This document shows, in pieces, positions 47,797 through 58,664 of a DNA stretch of 61,815 nucleotides. Origin of the DNA: Hyphomonas sp. (GTDB taxonomy: Bacteria > Pseudomonadota > Alphaproteobacteria > Caulobacterales > Hyphomonadaceae); the NCBI GenBank assembly GCA_046291585.1, contig JBKBRT010000001.1:1-61815 (forward strand), written 5' to 3'. The position numbers and the translations under genes were made by a program. The notes under the pieces are model-generated. The model worked only from the letters and a program-made list of their open reading frames with translations. It was not told the DNA's origin and ran no database searches. Position 1 is the first letter of the stretch, and each line of letters opens with the position of its first letter.

Positions 47797-48951
47797 TTAT
47801 TCAGCCGCGACGGCCATGTCCGTTGCCGAAAGCTCGGTGTAGCGCTTCAGGTGGTGGTCGACATTGCCGAACTCGGAGTCGATCATCGTGAGGCGTTTGA
47901 AATAGTGACCGATGGCGAGCTCGTCGGTCATGCCCATGCCGCCATGGATCTGGATCGCCTGCTGGCCAACAAAGCGGCCGGCCTGGCCGATGCGGACCTT
48001 GGCAGCCGAAGCTGCCTTCTTGCGGGTCACTTCATCTTCTTCGAGCTTCAGGGTGGCCATATAGGTCATGGAAATCGACTGTTCATGCTCAATGAACATG
48101 TCGGCCATGCGGTGCTGGAGAACCTGGAACTTGCCGATCGGCGTGCCGAACTGCTTGCGGGTCTTGGAGTAGTCAACGGTCTGCGCGTTGGCCACTTTCA
48201 TAGCACCGCAGGCCTCAGCGCACAGCGCTGCGATGGCTTCGTCGGTGACCTTTTCAACGAGGCCGAGGCTGTCGGAGGGATCGCCGATGACGGCATCTGC
48301 GCCAACAGAAACGTTTTCCAAGTAGACTTCCGAAGCGCGGCGGCCATCAACCGTCGGGTAGTCCCGCGTGGTGACGCCTTTGGCATCCTTGGCCACGATG
48401 AACACGCCCACGCCTTTGGCGTCGCGGCGGCCGCCGGAGGTGCGTGCGGTCACGATCAAATGGGACGCCCAGGGCGCGCCGATCACGACTGCCTTGTGGC
48501 CCGAAATCTTCCAGCCGCTACCGTCTTTCGTCGCGGTGGTTTCGAGGTCAGCCAGATTATAGCGGCCTTTGGGCTCAGCATAGGCAAACGCAAATACGCG
48601 CTCGCCAGAGATCAGCGCCGCAAGGTGGTCCTGCTTCTGCGCGTCGGTGCCCGCTTTCAGGAAGCCGCCGCCGAGAACGACGGTCTGAAGGAAAGGCTCG
48701 ACCACAAGGCCTTTGCCGAATTCTTCCATCACGACCATCGCATCGATCGGTCCGCCGCCGAGGCCGCCATCTTCTTCAGAGAAGGGCGCGGCAAGCAGGC
48801 CGAGTTCAGCGAACTGAGCCCACATTTCCGGACGCCAGCCGTCTTTCGAGGCCACGACCTTACGGCGGGTGTCGAAATCATACTGGTCCTTGATCAGCCG
48901 TGCGAGGCTGTCGCGGATCATCGTCTGCTCTTCGGTAAAATTGAAATCCAT
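47797..48951 (-). CDS. Acyl-CoA dehydrogenase (PimD-like small subunit)
   Basis: RKQFGTPIGKFQVLQHRMAD, QIHGGMGMTDE. Confidence 0.9.
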   Translation of the reverse strand: MDFNFTEEQTMIRDSLARLIKDQYDFDTRRKVVASKDGWRPEMWAQFAELGLLAAPFSEEDGGLGGGPIDAMVVMEEFGKGLVVEPFLQTVVLGGGFLKAGTDAQKQDHLAALISGERVFAFAYAEPKGRYNLADLETTATKDGSGWKISGHKAVVIGAPWASHLIVTARTSGGRRDAKGVGVFIVAKDAKGVTTRDYPTVDGRRASEVYLENVSVGADAVIGDPSDSLGLVEKVTDEAIAALCAEACGAMKVANAQTVDYSKTRKQFGTPIGKFQVLQHRMADMFIEHEQSISMTYMATLKLEEDEVTRKKAASAAKVRIGQAGRFVGQQAIQIHGGMGMTDELAIGHYFKRLTMIDSEFGNVDHHLKRYTELSATDMAVAAE

Positions 48952-48980
48952 GGATGTAATCTCCTCCCTGCCCCGGTGCC

Positions 48981-50174
48981 TTAGAGGCCGAGGATCATCT
49001 TGCTGATAATGTTGCGCTGGATCTCGTTGGACCCGCCATAGATCGAAGTCTTGCGCATGTTGAAGTAACTGTCTGCGCTGAAGTTCGAATAATCAGGGCC
49101 CACACCGACGTCATTGACGCCGAAATTGTCCATACCGCGTGCATAGGGCGCGCCGTAATTGCCAACGGCCTCGAGCGTCAGCTCGGTCAGGCGCTGCTGG
49201 ATTTCGGTGCCCTTGATCTTGAGGATCGAGCTTTCCGGCCCGGGGCCCTTGCCTTGAGCTTCAGAAGCCAGCGTGCGCAGCTCCGTGAACTCAAGCGCAG
49301 TCAGATCGATTTCAAGCTGGCTGATCTTGCGGGCGAACTCGTCCGTCTTGATCAGTGGCGTGCCATCCAGCGTTTCCTGGGTGGCGATGGAACGCAGACG
49401 CTCGACGCCGCGCTTGGAGCGCGCCACACCAGCGATGCCTGACCGCTCGTGTGCGAGGAGGAACTTCGCATAAGTCCAGCCTTCGTTTTCTTTGCCGACG
49501 AGGTTTTCGACCGGCACGCGGACATCGGTGAGCCAGGTTTCGTTCACTTCATGCGTCCCGTCGATCAGCTTGATCGGGCGCACTTCGATGCCGGGCGTTT
49601 TCATATCGACGAGGATGAACGAGATGCCTTCCTGGGCTTTTGCCGACGGGTCGGTGCGGCAGAGGAAGAAGCCCCAGTCAGCGTGCTGGGCGAGCGTCGT
49701 CCAGGTCTTTTGGCCGTTGAGGATATAATGATCGCCATCGCGGACAGCGGTTGTCTTCAGGCTGGCAAGGTCGGAGCCGGCGCCAGGCTCGGAGTAGCCC
49801 TGCGCCCACCACACATCACCGGCAAGAATGCCCGGCAGGTGTTTGGCTTTCTGTTCGTCATTGCCGAACGTGTAGATGACCGGGCCGACCATCGAGATGC
49901 CAAACGGAAGGGGCATCATCGCGTCAATGCGGGCATTCTCTTCCGACCAGATGTAGCGCTGGGTGGAGGTCCAGCCCGTGCCGCCATACTTCTTCGGCCA
50001 GGCGGGCGCAGACCAGCCCTTTTTGCCGAGGATCTTGTGCCAGGCGAGAAACTGCTCGCGGGTCAGGTCTTCGCGGTTGCCGATGCCGGCGAGTTCTTTC
50101 GGGTAGTTGTCACGAATAAAGGCACGCACTTCATCGCGGAAGGCGATCTCTTCGGGTGAAAATTCGAGGTTCAT
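48981..50174 (-). CDS. Acyl-CoA dehydrogenase (PimC-like large subunit)
   Basis: QGYSEPGAGSDLASL, NGQKTWTT, SIYGGSNEIQRNII. Confidence 0.92.
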   Translation of the reverse strand: MNLEFSPEEIAFRDEVRAFIRDNYPKELAGIGNREDLTREQFLAWHKILGKKGWSAPAWPKKYGGTGWTSTQRYIWSEENARIDAMMPLPFGISMVGPVIYTFGNDEQKAKHLPGILAGDVWWAQGYSEPGAGSDLASLKTTAVRDGDHYILNGQKTWTTLAQHADWGFFLCRTDPSAKAQEGISFILVDMKTPGIEVRPIKLIDGTHEVNETWLTDVRVPVENLVGKENEGWTYAKFLLAHERSGIAGVARSKRGVERLRSIATQETLDGTPLIKTDEFARKISQLEIDLTALEFTELRTLASEAQGKGPGPESSILKIKGTEIQQRLTELTLEAVGNYGAPYARGMDNFGVNDVGVGPDYSNFSADSYFNMRKTSIYGGSNEIQRNIISKMILGL

Positions 50175-50296
50175 GGACGTTCGCTCCTGGATCTGCCTGT
50201 TTAGTCCCGGCACTTCATTTCTGTATGTCAGCCATTCCTATTCGCTGACAAGGTGACGCGCACGTAAACGTAAAGAATGCCGCAGTTTTCCTTGCG

Positions 50297-51298
50297 TCAT
50301 CCTTGGGCGGGTTTGGCTATAAACGGCGCGCAGGCCGTCTTGAGCAGCCCGACAGCCGTGGCCGAGCCTAGCCCGCTGCCTGTCTGGAATTCCAGCTGAA
50401 CAAGCGGTTTCAGGCCGATGCGCTCGAGCGCGGCTTCATGCGCGGGCCGCTGGGTAATATGGGAGGCAAGGCAATGGCTGACCGCCTGGGGGGAAACGGC
50501 GTGAACAATGCCCGCCGCAATGGTCGTGGCAAAGCCGTCGAGCAGCACCGGAATGCCTTGATGGCGCGCGGCAATAATGGCGCCTACGCAGGCGGCAATC
50601 TCCCGCCCGCCCAGGCAGCGCAGCGATTCCAGCGGGTCCGACAGGTGCCCCCGGTGAACTCTCAATGCGGTGCTGACTATGTCCACCCGCTTTTGGGATA
50701 AGCCAGCGGGCGTATGCGCGCTCGGCCGCACCCAGTATTCCGGAGACCCGCCATAGAGCGCGCAGGCAACCGCCGCCGCGACGGTTCCAACCCCGGCGCC
50801 CGACACGGCAATGGCGAGCAAATCCGGATTGTCTTCAACCGCCTCAAAACCAAAGGCGATGGTCGCGGCGCACTCGCGCTCAGACATCGCCGCCGTTTCA
50901 GCGATGCTCGGCGTCGGCTTGTCGAGGGCCAGTTCGAACACCCTGACATTTGCGCCGACCTGGGCGGCAATCGCGGAGAGTGGCGCGCGGCCGGATTTGA
51001 GCGCATCGATATGCGCGCGGGTGTCCTCATTCGACGAGAGGGATACGCCGGAATCGACGAGGCCGTGTGACCCGGCAAAGATTGCCAGTGTCGGCTTTTC
51101 GACGCGCGGCGGAAACCGGCGTTGCCAGGTCGCCAACCATTCAGCGGCTTCGCCCAACCGGCCGAAATCGCCCTCACGGCCCATGCCGAGAAGTGCCTCG
51201 TGCACTTTCCGCCCGGATGCCGGATCGGTCTCGACCGGCTTCAGAATCAGGTCGCGGACGTCGTCCAGGGGGGACTTGCTCCGGGTGGGCTCGCTCAA
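50297..51298 (-). CDS. CobT-like phosphoribosyltransferase with degenerate active-site motifs
   Basis: FGRL, FAGSHG, LGGREIAA, LLDGF, SH...AH; canonical GEMG and LGEG motifs altered. Confidence 0.8.
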   Translation of the reverse strand: MSEPTRSKSPLDDVRDLILKPVETDPASGRKVHEALLGMGREGDFGRLGEAAEWLATWQRRFPPRVEKPTLAIFAGSHGLVDSGVSLSSNEDTRAHIDALKSGRAPLSAIAAQVGANVRVFELALDKPTPSIAETAAMSERECAATIAFGFEAVEDNPDLLAIAVSGAGVGTVAAAVACALYGGSPEYWVRPSAHTPAGLSQKRVDIVSTALRVHRGHLSDPLESLRCLGGREIAACVGAIIAARHQGIPVLLDGFATTIAAGIVHAVSPQAVSHCLASHITQRPAHEAALERIGLKPLVQLEFQTGSGLGSATAVGLLKTACAPFIAKPAQG

Positions 51299-51436
51299 GA
51301 CAGTTGTCTCCTGTTACCGGAATAGCCGGCAATTTTAATTATGGCAGATAAGATACACGTCGTGTGGCAAGGATTTATTTCATCCTCGCCTGTAGAACTT
51401 GCACTGCAGCCCGTCGCCAGTATGGGTGAGTGTATA

Positions 51437-51634
51437 ATGACAGAGATTGAGCCGATAAAGAGCCCTTGCATCAAGGTTTGTGCTGTAGATGGCCAAACAG
51501 GGCTTTGCCTTGGCTGCGGACGGACCCTGCCGGAGATCGGCGCCTGGACAAGGCTCGGGGAGGCGGAGCGTGGCGCAGTGATTGCCTCACTGCCAGCACG
51601 CATTGAACGATTGAAGGCCCTCGGGAAACGGTGA
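51437..51634 (+). CDS. DUF1289 family small Cys-rich protein
   Basis: SPCIKVC...CLGCGRTLPEIGAW. Confidence 0.88.
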   Translation: MTEIEPIKSPCIKVCAVDGQTGLCLGCGRTLPEIGAWTRLGEAERGAVIASLPARIERLKALGKR

Positions 51635-52182
51635 CGGGAATGAGCGCAGGTAAGATATTATCCCTGATAGCCACTGCGGTCGCGATCGCAATGGTTATCG
51701 GTCTATATCTTGCGCCCAAGCTACGCGAAGCGGAATATCTCGCGGCGCTCGAGCGCCAGCGCGAGGCCAGGAATGTCGTCGCGGTGGCCTCCGAACCCAA
51801 CTCCGCCATTCACACCCGCGCTGCCTTCATCGAGCGTGAGGCAGATGGCCATTACTGGACCCGCGCCGATGTGACCGGCACGGAAGTCAAATTCATGGTG
51901 GATACCGGCGCCAGCATCGTGGCCCTCACCTATCGTGACGCCCAGCGACTTGGCCTCAAGCCTGAAATCCTGAGCTATGATTCGGAAATCCGCACAGCCG
52001 GCGGCGTGACTTATGGCGCGCCCGTAACCCTTGCCAGCATCCGCATCGGCCGGGTGGAGGTTGAGAGCGTCAATGCGGTTGTCCTGCGCAGCGATCTGGA
52101 ACAGTCCCTCTTGGGGATGACCTTCCTCAGCGAACTGAATTCTTACGAGTTCCGCAAAGGCCAGCTGATCATACGCCAGTAA
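51631..52182 (+). CDS. Clan AA aspartic protease (TIGR02281-like)
   Basis: N-terminal TM; DGHY, FMVDTGAS, SLLGMTFL. Confidence 0.9.
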   Translation: MTGMSAGKILSLIATAVAIAMVIGLYLAPKLREAEYLAALERQREARNVVAVASEPNSAIHTRAAFIEREADGHYWTRADVTGTEVKFMVDTGASIVALTYRDAQRLGLKPEILSYDSEIRTAGGVTYGAPVTLASIRIGRVEVESVNAVVLRSDLEQSLLGMTFLSELNSYEFRKGQLIIRQ

Positions 52183-53593
52183 TCGGCTTGCCATCGGCGC
52201 CGCGGCCGACACCGATTTCCCAGGCAAAACGCTGATCATCCCCCGACCAGCGCGCATAGGTAACACGGCCATCCAGCCCTGCAGCCTTCATCAGATCCCT
52301 GTACCAATTGTCCGTCCCTGCGTTCAGCCTCTGAGGATGAACGCCCCAGAGCAGGCATGCCTGACGCAGGCGCTGATCGTCGAGCGATCCGTAAAGGATG
52401 GGAACAGCGCCGCGCACGCGCGCAAACCGGGCCAGTCGATCAAAAGCCCCCGTGCGCAAGGCCAGCGCCGTAGCGCCCTCCGCCTCAGCCATGGTGAGGG
52501 ATGCCCGCGCAACAATATCTATGGCAGCGTCCGCCTGCCCCTCGCCGCAAAATTCCGCAAGTGAGCGGCGGTAATCATCCGCGCCTTCCGTCGCGCGGAT
52601 GATGCGGGACATGATGGCAACCGCTGTTGCCGGATGGCGGCCAACGGCCGTCTCGGCGGACAGCATCACGGCGTCTGCGCCCTGGTAGATTGCGGTGGCA
52701 ACATCCGACGCTTCGGCGCGGGTGGGCGCAGAATTCTCGATCATCGATTCCAGCATCTGGGTTGCCACGATCACCGGGCGTCCCAACGCGCGCGCTGCCC
52801 GCACGATGCGCCGCTGGATAACGGGCACTTCCTCCGGCGCAAACTCGACGCCCAGATCGCCCCGGGCCACCATGACGGCATCCGCCGCTTCGACGATAGC
52901 GTCCAGATTATCGATCGCTGCGGGCTTCTCGAGTTTCGCAACCAGGGGAGCGCGGCCGGCGATGATGGCCTTGACCTCTTCGATATCCTCGACCGTCTGG
53001 ACGAATGACAGCGCCACAATGTCGACGCCGATTTCAAGCGCAAACAGAAGATCAGCGCGGTCTTTCTCGGTCAGCGCACGCACCGGCAAAGCCTTTCCGC
53101 GTACGGTAAAGCCCTTGCGATCCCCCAGCTTGCCGGGCACCTCAGCGCGCACACGCGGCTCGCTGCCACCGCTGATGACCGTGAAGATCAGCTTGCCATC
53201 GTCAGCGAGGATCGTGTCGCCCTCCTCCAGGATGGCAACAATCTCGGCGTGCGGCACGGGGATCGACTCGGCGTCTGGCGCCGTCTCTCCCACAATGAGG
53301 CGGTAATCCTTGCGGAAGCCGAGCTTCAGGGCGCCGCCCTCAAATTTACCGACGCGGACTTTGGGCCCCTGGAGGTCTGCCAGCGTGGCAAGTGGCCAGC
53401 CGACTGCTACTTCCGCAGCACGCACAGCGTTCAAAGCCTCAAGATGGGCCGCATGCTCGCCGTGGCTGAAATTCAGCCGGAACACATCCACACCTGCCTG
53501 CGCCAGCGCACGCACCTCCCGGGGCGAGCGGCTGCCCGGCCCGAGCGTGGCAACGATCTTGGCGTTTTCGCCGAGCAGATGGGCTTTCGTCAT
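52169..53593 (-). CDS. pyk: Pyruvate kinase
   Basis: KIVATLGP, FRLNFSHG, DLQGPK, MVARGDLGVE, ATQMLESM, MLSAETA. Confidence 0.96.
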   Translation of the reverse strand: MTKAHLLGENAKIVATLGPGSRSPREVRALAQAGVDVFRLNFSHGEHAAHLEALNAVRAAEVAVGWPLATLADLQGPKVRVGKFEGGALKLGFRKDYRLIVGETAPDAESIPVPHAEIVAILEEGDTILADDGKLIFTVISGGSEPRVRAEVPGKLGDRKGFTVRGKALPVRALTEKDRADLLFALEIGVDIVALSFVQTVEDIEEVKAIIAGRAPLVAKLEKPAAIDNLDAIVEAADAVMVARGDLGVEFAPEEVPVIQRRIVRAARALGRPVIVATQMLESMIENSAPTRAEASDVATAIYQGADAVMLSAETAVGRHPATAVAIMSRIIRATEGADDYRRSLAEFCGEGQADAAIDIVARASLTMAEAEGATALALRTGAFDRLARFARVRGAVPILYGSLDDQRLRQACLLWGVHPQRLNAGTDNWYRDLMKAAGLDGRVTYARWSGDDQRFAWEIGVGRGADGKPITGV

Positions 53594-53866
53594 TAAGCGC
53601 GTCCTTGAGTGCGATGTGTGTTTGCGAGCTTGGCTACAACAACTCTCTCCAACCGCGAAGCGCTTCTCTTATACCCGCCGCCCAGTCGCGGCAGCCCCCT
53701 GCCGCGGACGCTTCAGGAAACTCCAAGAATGCGGCGTTATTGCAACGAGTTTAATTCCAAAAAAATTATATAATTCAACGTCTTTCAGCTCCCATAAATT
53801 TACCATTTACCGCTATCAATGCCTGAAAGCGTCACGCAGCGCACAATAAACTCTACAGGATCTGGC

Positions 53867-55600
53867 ATGCAATTTGGTGAACTCGACATTCAAAAAGTCC
53901 CGGCACTGAAGGCCGATGGGCTTTGCCGTGACGCGATCGATTTCTTTGTCGCCAATCCAAACCTTCGACTGATCGCCGCCGTGGATGCAACCGGTCGCCC
54001 CGCTGGCGCGATAGCGCGTACAAAGATTATCTCAAAGGCTGCCAGCCAGTTTGGCCGAGCGCTTTATGATGCCCGGCCACTGAGCGAGTTTTTGGACCCA
54101 CCGCGCTTTATGGTCGGCGCAGATCAGGAAGTCGCAGAGATTGCGAACCATCTTGCTGCAGACGACCTGACAAATGCACCTGACGGATATATTCTTGTTG
54201 ACCATCTGGGCCGTTATGCAGGCATCATAGATGGGCTGGCCGTTTTGCGCGCCCTCATTGAGCTGAACATGCAGCTGGTTGAGGGGCTCAATTCAGAAGT
54301 CGCCGTGCGCCGGGAAGCCGAACAGCAGGCACGGCGCCTTGCGGATACGGACACTCTAACAGGCCTCAACAATCGCAGGCTGTTCATCGAAGCTGCCGAC
54401 CGCTTCGTTGCAGATACGCAATCGGCCACGCTGATATATGTGGACCTCGATCGGTTCAAATATCTCAACGACAAATATGGCCATGCTGTGGGCGATGACG
54501 CGCTAAAGGTCATTTCCCGGCGCATTCAGGAGTGGCATCCCGATGCCTTGATAGCCCGGCTGGGCGGAGACGAGTTCGGCATCCTGATTGCAGCTGAGGA
54601 CTTAGATGGCGAACTGGAGACGGAACTGACGGGCCTCCACGCCACGCTCTGCGCACCCTTTCTTTCAAAGGCAGGCGCCGTCAGCGTAGGCGCATCCATC
54701 GGGGCCGCTTCCTTTCCGGAAGACGCATCGGCGCGCCCGGAATGGCTGCACGCAGCAGACAAAGCAATGCAGCGCGCAAAGGCCGATCACGGCGGCGTGC
54801 GCCTATTCGATCCAGCCGTTGATATTGCGCAGGCCAACCAGGCACGCCTCACCGCGTCCCTGCAGACGGCCGTCTCGGAAAATCAAATTCGTCCGGTGTT
54901 CCAGCCATTTTACTCCGTCGCAGATGGCACGCTTGCGGGCTATGAAGTTCTGGCTCGCTGGAATGGACCCGACATTGGTTTTGTTCCGGGTCCGGCAGAG
55001 TTCATTCCCTTGATCGAGCGTTTTGGATTGATCGACGATATGTTCTGGGGCGTTGCGGAACAGGCCCTGACGGCCTGCCGGAAAATGCCCTCATACCTCA
55101 AAATCGCGCTGAACGTATCCCCTATCCAGTTCGCCAATCGCCTGTTCCCGGCACGCCTGGCAGCACTGGCGTCCCGAACCGGCGTGCAATGCCGGCAGCT
55201 GGAAATCGAAATCACGGAAACTGCCATGTTCCGGGACATGACCGATACAGTGGCGGTGCTTCGTGAGTTGAGCGATATGGGCATGTCGATTGCGCTCGAT
55301 GACTTTGGAACAGGCTACTCTTCTCTCACGTTGGTGAAGGAGCTTCCACTGACCAAACTGAAAATCGATAAATCCTTCATTCAGTCAGCCCAGCATTCTC
55401 CGAGCTCGGAGAAAATCGTCTCCGCCGCTATCGGCCTTAGCCAGGCGCTGAATATCCTCTGCTGCGCCGAAGGCGTTGAAGACATGGCCACCCTGGACCA
55501 TCTCAGGTCAATGAACTGCGACCTTGCCCAGGGGTTCTTGCTCGGGCGGCCTTCTGCGACCCTCTTTCCCGAGCGTATTCCGATGCACGTTGCAGGTTAA
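53867..55600 (+). CDS. Diguanylate cyclase/phosphodiesterase (CBS-like + GGDEF + EAL)
   Basis: [41 protein letters not shown]; start could be 53819. Confidence 0.92.
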   Translation: MQFGELDIQKVPALKADGLCRDAIDFFVANPNLRLIAAVDATGRPAGAIARTKIISKAASQFGRALYDARPLSEFLDPPRFMVGADQEVAEIANHLAADDLTNAPDGYILVDHLGRYAGIIDGLAVLRALIELNMQLVEGLNSEVAVRREAEQQARRLADTDTLTGLNNRRLFIEAADRFVADTQSATLIYVDLDRFKYLNDKYGHAVGDDALKVISRRIQEWHPDALIARLGGDEFGILIAAEDLDGELETELTGLHATLCAPFLSKAGAVSVGASIGAASFPEDASARPEWLHAADKAMQRAKADHGGVRLFDPAVDIAQANQARLTASLQTAVSENQIRPVFQPFYSVADGTLAGYEVLARWNGPDIGFVPGPAEFIPLIERFGLIDDMFWGVAEQALTACRKMPSYLKIALNVSPIQFANRLFPARLAALASRTGVQCRQLEIEITETAMFRDMTDTVAVLRELSDMGMSIALDDFGTGYSSLTLVKELPLTKLKIDKSFIQSAQHSPSSEKIVSAAIGLSQALNILCCAEGVEDMATLDHLRSMNCDLAQGFLLGRPSATLFPERIPMHVAG

Positions 55601-58239
55601 GCCACCGCGTCTGCCATTACAAAGGGATCATAGGCGAGGATCGGCGCCAGCCAGCGCTCGGCCATCCGTGTGTCCCAGCCCTTGCGCGCGGCATAGTCGG
55701 CAACCTGATCGCGGTCGATCCGCCCGACTGCAAAATACACGCTCTTGGGATGGGACAGGTACAGGCCGGAAACGCTGGAAGCGGGCATCATTGCGTAGCT
55801 GGATGTCAGTTCCACGCCGATCCGCTTTTCAGCTTCGAGCAGACGGAAGAGGGTCGCCTTTTCCGTATGATCGGGCTGGCAGGGATATCCCGGTGCGGGG
55901 CGGATGCCCTGATATTTCTCCGCAATCATATCTGGCGATGAGAGGGCTTCATCGGGCGCATAGGCCCAGAGCTCTTTGCGGACCTTTTCGTGCATATATT
56001 CTGCCATCGCCTCGGCAAAACGGTCAGCCAGCGCCTTGACCATGATGGACGAATAATCATCGCCCTTGGCGGCGAATTTTTGCGCAATGTCCTCAACTTC
56101 AGGACCAGACGTGACGCAGAAGCCCCCGACCCAATCATCGCCCTGCGGCGCGACGAAGTCTGCCAGAGCAAAGTTTGGCTGGCCATTCTCCTTCATCATC
56201 TGCTGACGGAGGGTGAGGAAGGTTTCACCATTGGCGAGCCTGACGTCATCGCCAGCCGAATTCGCTTTCCAGAAACCAATGACGGCCTTGGGCTTCAGCC
56301 AACCTTCGCCGACCAGCTGCTGCATCATCACCTGCGTATCACGCCAGAGGCTGGAGGCCGCCTCCCCGACGATCTTGTCTTCCAGGATTGCCGGATAGCG
56401 CCCGGCCAGATCCCAGGCAGAGAAATACGGCGTCCAGTCGATATAGCTCGCCAGCGTACCCAGATCGATATCCTCGAAGGTCCGTACACCCTCATAGGTC
56501 GGCTTGGGCGGCGTGTAGCTTTCCCAGTCGAATTTGAGTTTGGCAGCGCGCGCTTCGGCAATCGGCACGCGCGGCTTGGGCGGGCCATCCTTGCGGGCTT
56601 CGCGCATCCGTTCATACCGGGCGCGCACTTCGCCGAGGAATACAGGCCGATCCTCATCACTCAGCAGCGTGCTGACGACGCCAACGGCACGGCTGGCGTC
56701 AACCACATGAACGACAGGCGCCGAACGGATGGCGGGTTCGATCTTAACCGCCGTATGCGCAGCGCTTGTCGTTGCTCCGCCGATGAGCAGTGGCTGCACC
56801 ATACCCCGGCGCTGCATCTCGGACGCTACATACACCATTTCATCAAGGCTCGGCGTGATCAGGCCGGACAGCCCGATAATGTCGGCTTTCTCGCGAACCG
56901 CCGCATCGAGAATTTTCTCGGCCGGCACCATTACGCCAAGATCAAAGATATCGTACCCGTTGCAAGCCAGCACAACGCCGACAATATTCTTGCCGATGTC
57001 ATGCACATCGCCCTTTACCGTCGCGAGGATGACCTTGCCATTCGACTTGCGCTCAAGGCCTAGCTCGCGCTTTTCCGCTTCCATGTAAGGCTCAAGCCAG
57101 GCAACCGCCTGCTTCATCACGCGGGCGGATTTCACCACCTGCGGCAGGAACATCTTGCCCGATCCGAACAGATCGCCCACGACATTCATACCCGCCATCA
57201 ACGGGCCTTCGATCACATGCAGCGGGCGGGCGACACTGAGGCGCGCTTCTTCCGTATCCACATCAATGAATTCTGTAATGCCATGCACCAGCGCATGTTC
57301 GAGGCGCTTGGCGACAGGCAGGTCACGCCAGGCAAGGTCCTTGACCTGAACCTTGCCCTTTTGCCCTTTGAAACGCTCAGCCAGATCCACGAGCCGGTCA
57401 GTCGCGTCAGCGCGGCGATTGAGGATCACGTCTTCCACCGCTTCGCGCAGTTCCGGATCTATGTCGTCATAGATATCGAGCTGGCCGGCGTTGACGATAC
57501 CCATGTCCATGCCAGCGGGGATCGCATAATAGAGGAACACCGAATGCATCGCGCGGCGCACCGGCTCATTCCCCCGGAAGGAGAAGGATACATTCGAGAG
57601 GCCGCCGGAAATGTGACATCCCGGGCAGGCCTGCCGGATCACGCGAGTCGCTTCGATAAAATCGAGCGCGTAGGTATTGTGCTCCTCGATACCGGTGGCG
57701 ACGGCAAAGACGTTGGGATCGAAGATGATATCCTCGGGGGGAAACCCTACTTCTTCGGTCAGTATACGGTAGGCTCTCTGGCATATCTCGATCTTGCGGG
57801 CGGCCGTATCGGCCTGGCCCTGCTCATCGAACGCCATGACCACCACGGCGGCGCCGTAGGAAAGACATGCCCGGGCCTGCTCGCGAAACTTCTCCTCGCC
57901 TTCCTTCATGGAAATCGAGTTGACGATTGGTTTGCCCTGAACGCATTTCAAGCCTGCCTCAATCACTTCCCATTTGGAGGAGTCGATCATGATCGGCACC
58001 CGGGCGATATCCGGTTCAGCCGCGATCAGGTTCAGGAAGGTGGTCATGGCCTGAACACCGTCCAGCATGCCCTCATCCATGTTCACGTCGATAACCTGCG
58101 CGCCGCTCTCGACCTGCTGGCGCGCAACAACCACGGCGTCGCCATAGCGCCCCTCCGTGATCATTTTCCGGAACGCGGCGGAACCAGTAATGTTTGTGCG
58201 TTCACCGATATTGATGAATGTGGCTGTAGCTGCTGTCAT
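55597..58239 (-). CDS. metH: Methionine synthase, C-terminal part (pterin, cobalamin and reactivation domains)
   Basis: Starts at INIGERTN; [24 protein letters not shown]. Confidence 0.95.
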   Translation of the reverse strand: MTAATATFINIGERTNITGSAAFRKMITEGRYGDAVVVARQQVESGAQVIDVNMDEGMLDGVQAMTTFLNLIAAEPDIARVPIMIDSSKWEVIEAGLKCVQGKPIVNSISMKEGEEKFREQARACLSYGAAVVVMAFDEQGQADTAARKIEICQRAYRILTEEVGFPPEDIIFDPNVFAVATGIEEHNTYALDFIEATRVIRQACPGCHISGGLSNVSFSFRGNEPVRRAMHSVFLYYAIPAGMDMGIVNAGQLDIYDDIDPELREAVEDVILNRRADATDRLVDLAERFKGQKGKVQVKDLAWRDLPVAKRLEHALVHGITEFIDVDTEEARLSVARPLHVIEGPLMAGMNVVGDLFGSGKMFLPQVVKSARVMKQAVAWLEPYMEAEKRELGLERKSNGKVILATVKGDVHDIGKNIVGVVLACNGYDIFDLGVMVPAEKILDAAVREKADIIGLSGLITPSLDEMVYVASEMQRRGMVQPLLIGGATTSAAHTAVKIEPAIRSAPVVHVVDASRAVGVVSTLLSDEDRPVFLGEVRARYERMREARKDGPPKPRVPIAEARAAKLKFDWESYTPPKPTYEGVRTFEDIDLGTLASYIDWTPYFSAWDLAGRYPAILEDKIVGEAASSLWRDTQVMMQQLVGEGWLKPKAVIGFWKANSAGDDVRLANGETFLTLRQQMMKENGQPNFALADFVAPQGDDWVGGFCVTSGPEVEDIAQKFAAKGDDYSSIMVKALADRFAEAMAEYMHEKVRKELWAYAPDEALSSPDMIAEKYQGIRPAPGYPCQPDHTEKATLFRLLEAEKRIGVELTSSYAMMPASSVSGLYLSHPKSVYFAVGRIDRDQVADYAARKGWDTRMAERWLAPILAYDPFVMADAVA

Positions 58240-58664
58240 TTTCGCGACCTTCCGCGGTCGAGCGGCCAGTTTCCATCCGGGAGAATGGAAAAGCCGTCCG
58301 TCTTCTGATTGTAAATGTAAATCCACGCCTGTTCGCCGGTCTCTGAGCCCATGGCATCAAGGACAGATAAGCGGCGGCGCAGATAGAGGGATGTGGCGGG
58401 GTCATCCGTCACGTCCTCGAATTCATCCATTGCAGGGATGATCCCCGTATCTCTGACGCGCCAGCGTATACCCTGGCAGAGGGTCTCGCCCGCCACCACG
58501 CCCGGAAATCCACCCAGATCGAGCATCGTTCCGCGAAACCGGCAGGGACCGAGAAACTCCCCGGCCACGTCGAGCCCAAGCGAGTCCGGCGCGCCCGCGG
58601 CGCCCTGTTTGAGGAGACCGTAAAAGATGAAAACATCTCCGGCCTGCACGTCTCTTGATGTCAT
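58236..58664 (-). CDS. Gamma-glutamylcyclotransferase (AIG2-like) family protein
   Basis: [30 protein letters not shown]; ATGA overlaps on both sides. Confidence 0.82.
   Translation of the reverse strand: MTSRDVQAGDVFIFYGLLKQGAAGAPDSLGLDVAGEFLGPCRFRGTMLDLGGFPGVVAGETLCQGIRWRVRDTGIIPAMDEFEDVTDDPATSLYLRRRLSVLDAMGSETGEQAWIYIYNQKTDGFSILPDGNWPLDRGRSRK

Noticed and set aside
58236-58664. Frameshifted or IS-interrupted metH pseudogene
   Set aside because: Both halves are intact, break at a domain boundary and have coupled starts; the intervening ORF is GGCT-like, not a transposase
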